64,000 nt of DNA from Thermoanaerobaculia bacterium (GTDB taxonomy: Bacteria; Acidobacteriota; Thermoanaerobaculia; Multivoradales; UBA5704), in the NCBI GenBank assembly GCA_044226625.1, contig JBGAGQ010000019.1, positions 31,678 through 95,677 of the forward strand, read 5' to 3'. Under the pieces are notes generated by a model. That model was given only the letters and a program-made list of their open reading frames with translations. It had not been told where the DNA came from and ran no database searches. Shown piece after piece: positions 62,601 through 64,000 of this stretch (position 1 is its first letter; each line of letters starts with the position of its first letter). Position numbers and translations under genes: made by a program.

Positions 62601-63333
62601 GGTCGACGCCTTCGTCGCCCGCACCCAGCCCGCGCTGTTCTCACCCGTCATCCACACCGCCCCGACCGACCCGGCGGGCAATCCCACGCCGGGCATGGAT
62701 CACGCGATGTTTCCCACTTTCGCCGATCTCGACGCGGACGGCGACCTCGACCTGGTCTATCAAGTCGTGGACGACCTGCCGCGGGTGCTGCTCAACACGG
62801 GGACCGACTCGAACAACGACGGACTGATCAGCGCCGCCGATTCCCCGCCGCCCGGCAATTTCATCGACGTCACGCCGACGATCCTCACCCAGTATCGGCG
62901 TTCCACCGATTCGCAGGATCTCGTCGCGTTGGACGTCGATCAGGACGGAGACCTCGATCTCGCCAACGATCCGTTCTCCGATCGCGTCACGTTCTGGCGT
63001 AACGACCTCCCCGCCGACCCGGGCCGCCCGGTGGTCACCGAAATCTGGCCGCGCGTCGGCTCGATCCGTCGCGCCAAGATCCGACTCGAAGGGGTGGAGC
63101 TCACCGGCGTCGTGAAAGTTCAGTTCCGCTTCGCGGGAGGCGTGATCTGCGAGCAGGCGACCACCGCCCCGGTGGGCACCGACGGCAAGCACCTCGACGT
63201 GGTGATCCCGCAAACCTGCCCGCTCGGCCTCGCCCAAGTACGCGTGCTGCGCGCGAAGCCGTTGTGCTCGAACCCGACCGTGACGGTCCAGAAATGGAGC
63301 CGCCAGTACTTCGGCTACTTCATCCAGGGGTAA
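59623..63333 (+). CDS. Secreted FG-GAP/VCBS-repeat (beta-propeller) protein with C-terminal Ig/TIG-like domain
   Basis: Signal peptide; more than 10 D-x-D/N-x-DG-x-x-D loops (DLDKDGDLD, DLNKDGYPE, DFDNNGFKD, DLDGDGSLD, DFDRDGDRD, DLDNDGDVD, DVDNDGDAD, DLDADGDLD, DVDQDGDLD). Confidence 0.88.
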   Translation: MPKPGSFRRAALAAALLLASLIPLLVGPARAAVSVGPAICIEPAPVDPPGPTLTPWNYERDSGEYVWGEHQFYEDPGDTVFTLARDLISLGSQQPAAYTDVLLFNFAQFDPPEGIPVPPGGTRRLMEASLENKGLSLLVNYSDALIDPAQPVRYGKPTFFQSIDGHHQNTQTNPTVPWSGFSQTFVSATRGAFGCAFDKLPVAVDPVPVGPLARLAAPAAPAGGTAGIIVTPATPICDDLYVTAGIGYGLSGLDPDPAQQVMAAQAQTDLLMRRDPTTGRWNDVSQEICPSGAPRIPAAATAGNSSGVVFQDLTGDGWADLYVGRQGDDYAGATNVLLINDGTGCFRDETGTRIPGELVRATNEVAAIDLDKDGDLDLAVADRCARAGCGPESEDYVLINNGTGFFTVASIAPGVRTDSRSVALGDLNKDGYPEIVFGNAGSDGFSQNLVLTAAEDHRMEIYVNNAATGGTLNTFTDFMFPILDTGAPNFPVEHIVTAPLTQQVLLADLFSPNANVPDGWLDLVIVSHRDILKTDTYVGASARVWVMANTANWTTAPPPYLRSYTAVGQPWVKTVAIADFDNNGFKDLFEGRGNRWSGVLPDLAANLGSAAPPFNPWNGSDPFVGFKSYQTMPATEHGYGFDFADLDGDGSLDALQTSRGYDYLVFNLLGASEADHREYASPTAGTGKTSNKRGRQVPQGMEDGVFADFDRDGDRDALLGSQRTPAWPFCADTSPDSIVLVNAGSGTFGYDSLYTASTCSTDDARIDFGARTSQPYPGIGDRAVAGDLDNDGDVDAIVHLFEILPSGYSGPTPLVSAPLFPNAIGTYSFGWRYLKNIVGEAGAGAHWFKDVAPAQMKNASGAYDPAWNRGLGMDVLADFDNNGALDLYSTLGFAKTAAEVSSVSQTRDLLFLNGVGGQPKGDLTESSAAKLAPSCTDQVLGDTSFVSCGSFGIAQGDVDNDGDADVAVAHFAQGARTNYPWLLINGLPSGGTMVDAFVARTQPALFSPVIHTAPTDPAGNPTPGMDHAMFPTFADLDADGDLDLVYQVVDDLPRVLLNTGTDSNNDGLISAADSPPPGNFIDVTPTILTQYRRSTDSQDLVALDVDQDGDLDLANDPFSDRVTFWRNDLPADPGRPVVTEIWPRVGSIRRAKIRLEGVELTGVVKVQFRFAGGVICEQATTAPVGTDGKHLDVVIPQTCPLGLAQVRVLRAKPLCSNPTVTVQKWSRQYFGYFIQG

Positions 63334-63431
63334 GGCGACCGGTCCGCGCAACTCCTCGTGTTTCATCGCGCGTCTCGGTCGCGCCGGCGGCGAGCCGCGC
63401 ATCACGCCGTACGAAATAGGAGAACGAAAGT

Positions 63432-64000
63432 ATGTTCAGGCTCAACAAGTTGCGTCGCATCGTGGCCGCCTCCCTGATGCTCACGATGCTCGTCCTCTGC
63501 GCCCCCCCGCGCGCCGCGAAAGCCGACGAACCGGTCACGGTCACGACGGTCATCGTGGTCGGAGCCGCGGTGACCACGATCGCCACCGGAGCCGTTTGGC
63601 TCTGGGATCGCTTTTTCGGCGACGACAAGAAGAAGGTCTGTACGACGACGACCACGACGACCACCACGACCGATTCGTCCGGACATACGACGACCACGAC
63701 GACCACGACCACCAGCTACTCGATGAGCCCGGCGCAGATCCGCATTCCGGAGGACGTTCCGGGGCTCAAGCTGCCGCCGGGAGTGAAGATGTCGGAGACC
63801 ACCTGGTTCGACGGCCGGGACGACCAGCATCTCGACCTGCGCTACCAGAACGTGGTGGGCCACGCGAGCATCCTCGATCCGGGTCTTCCGCCGGACGTCG
63901 TGGAGGTCACTTACGACGTCAACCGGGAGACGATCTTCCGCTGGGACCGCCCTCCGGGCACCGCCGGACAGGCGAGCCTTCTCGATCTCTCTCTGCTCGC
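63432..64000 (+). CDS. Secreted hypothetical protein with poly-Thr tracts (3' end outside window)
   Basis: Not in the ORF track. RBS AGGAGA; MFRLNKLRRIVAASLMLTMLVLCAPPRAAKA-DEPVTV...KKVC-T10-DSSGH-T9-SYS...; frame open to the window end. Confidence 0.8.
   Translation, partial: MFRLNKLRRIVAASLMLTMLVLCAPPRAAKADEPVTVTTVIVVGAAVTTIATGAVWLWDRFFGDDKKKVCTTTTTTTTTTDSSGHTTTTTTTTTSYSMSPAQIRIPEDVPGLKLPPGVKMSETTWFDGRDDQHLDLRYQNVVGHASILDPGLPPDVVEVTYDVNRETIFRWDRPPGTAGQASLLDLSLL

Noticed and set aside
63320-63712. Minus-strand poly-Val ORF
   Set aside because: Antisense reading of the poly-Thr codons of the plus-strand gene, which has an RBS and signal peptide.

Overview
High-GC bacterial chromosome segment; the gene repertoire suggests Acidobacteriota, possibly Thermoanaerobaculia-like (inference only). 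The housekeeping backbone runs: partial Ser/Thr kinase, mpl, mglB-mglA, yvcK/glmR-glmU-glmS, eno-ftsB, pilMNOPQ plus three Ig-fold lipoproteins, TPR protein-roadblock(MglC-like)-accB-accC-thiE-aroK, and a ccmABCDEF cytochrome c maturation cluster whose CcmE has a CxxxY motif. Two accessory loci stand out. (1) A ~13.8 kb lower-GC region right after glmS. It holds an 11 x 21-bp tandem repeat; an XRE-HTH / small secreted peptide / HTH-TPR trio that resembles an RRNPP-like peptide-signalling module; a palindrome (GTCG-W6-CGAC) found three times in the divergent promoters; and a signal-peptide-bearing Rhs toxin followed by orphan toxin/immunity modules (zincin-like, PD-(D/E)xK nuclease, ADP-ribosyltransferase-like toxin with macrodomain-like immunity, orphan immunity genes). 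(2) An operon encoding a lasso-cyclase-like asparagine synthetase homologue, a lasso-type precursor (core GPSPGIGESGNPALFKSR), a large secreted C25 gingipain-family protease and an HprK-like kinase, with no B1/B2 leader-processing genes nearby. No tRNA, rRNA, CRISPR array, integrase or transposase was recognised. All family assignments are by-eye motif recognition, not database searches.
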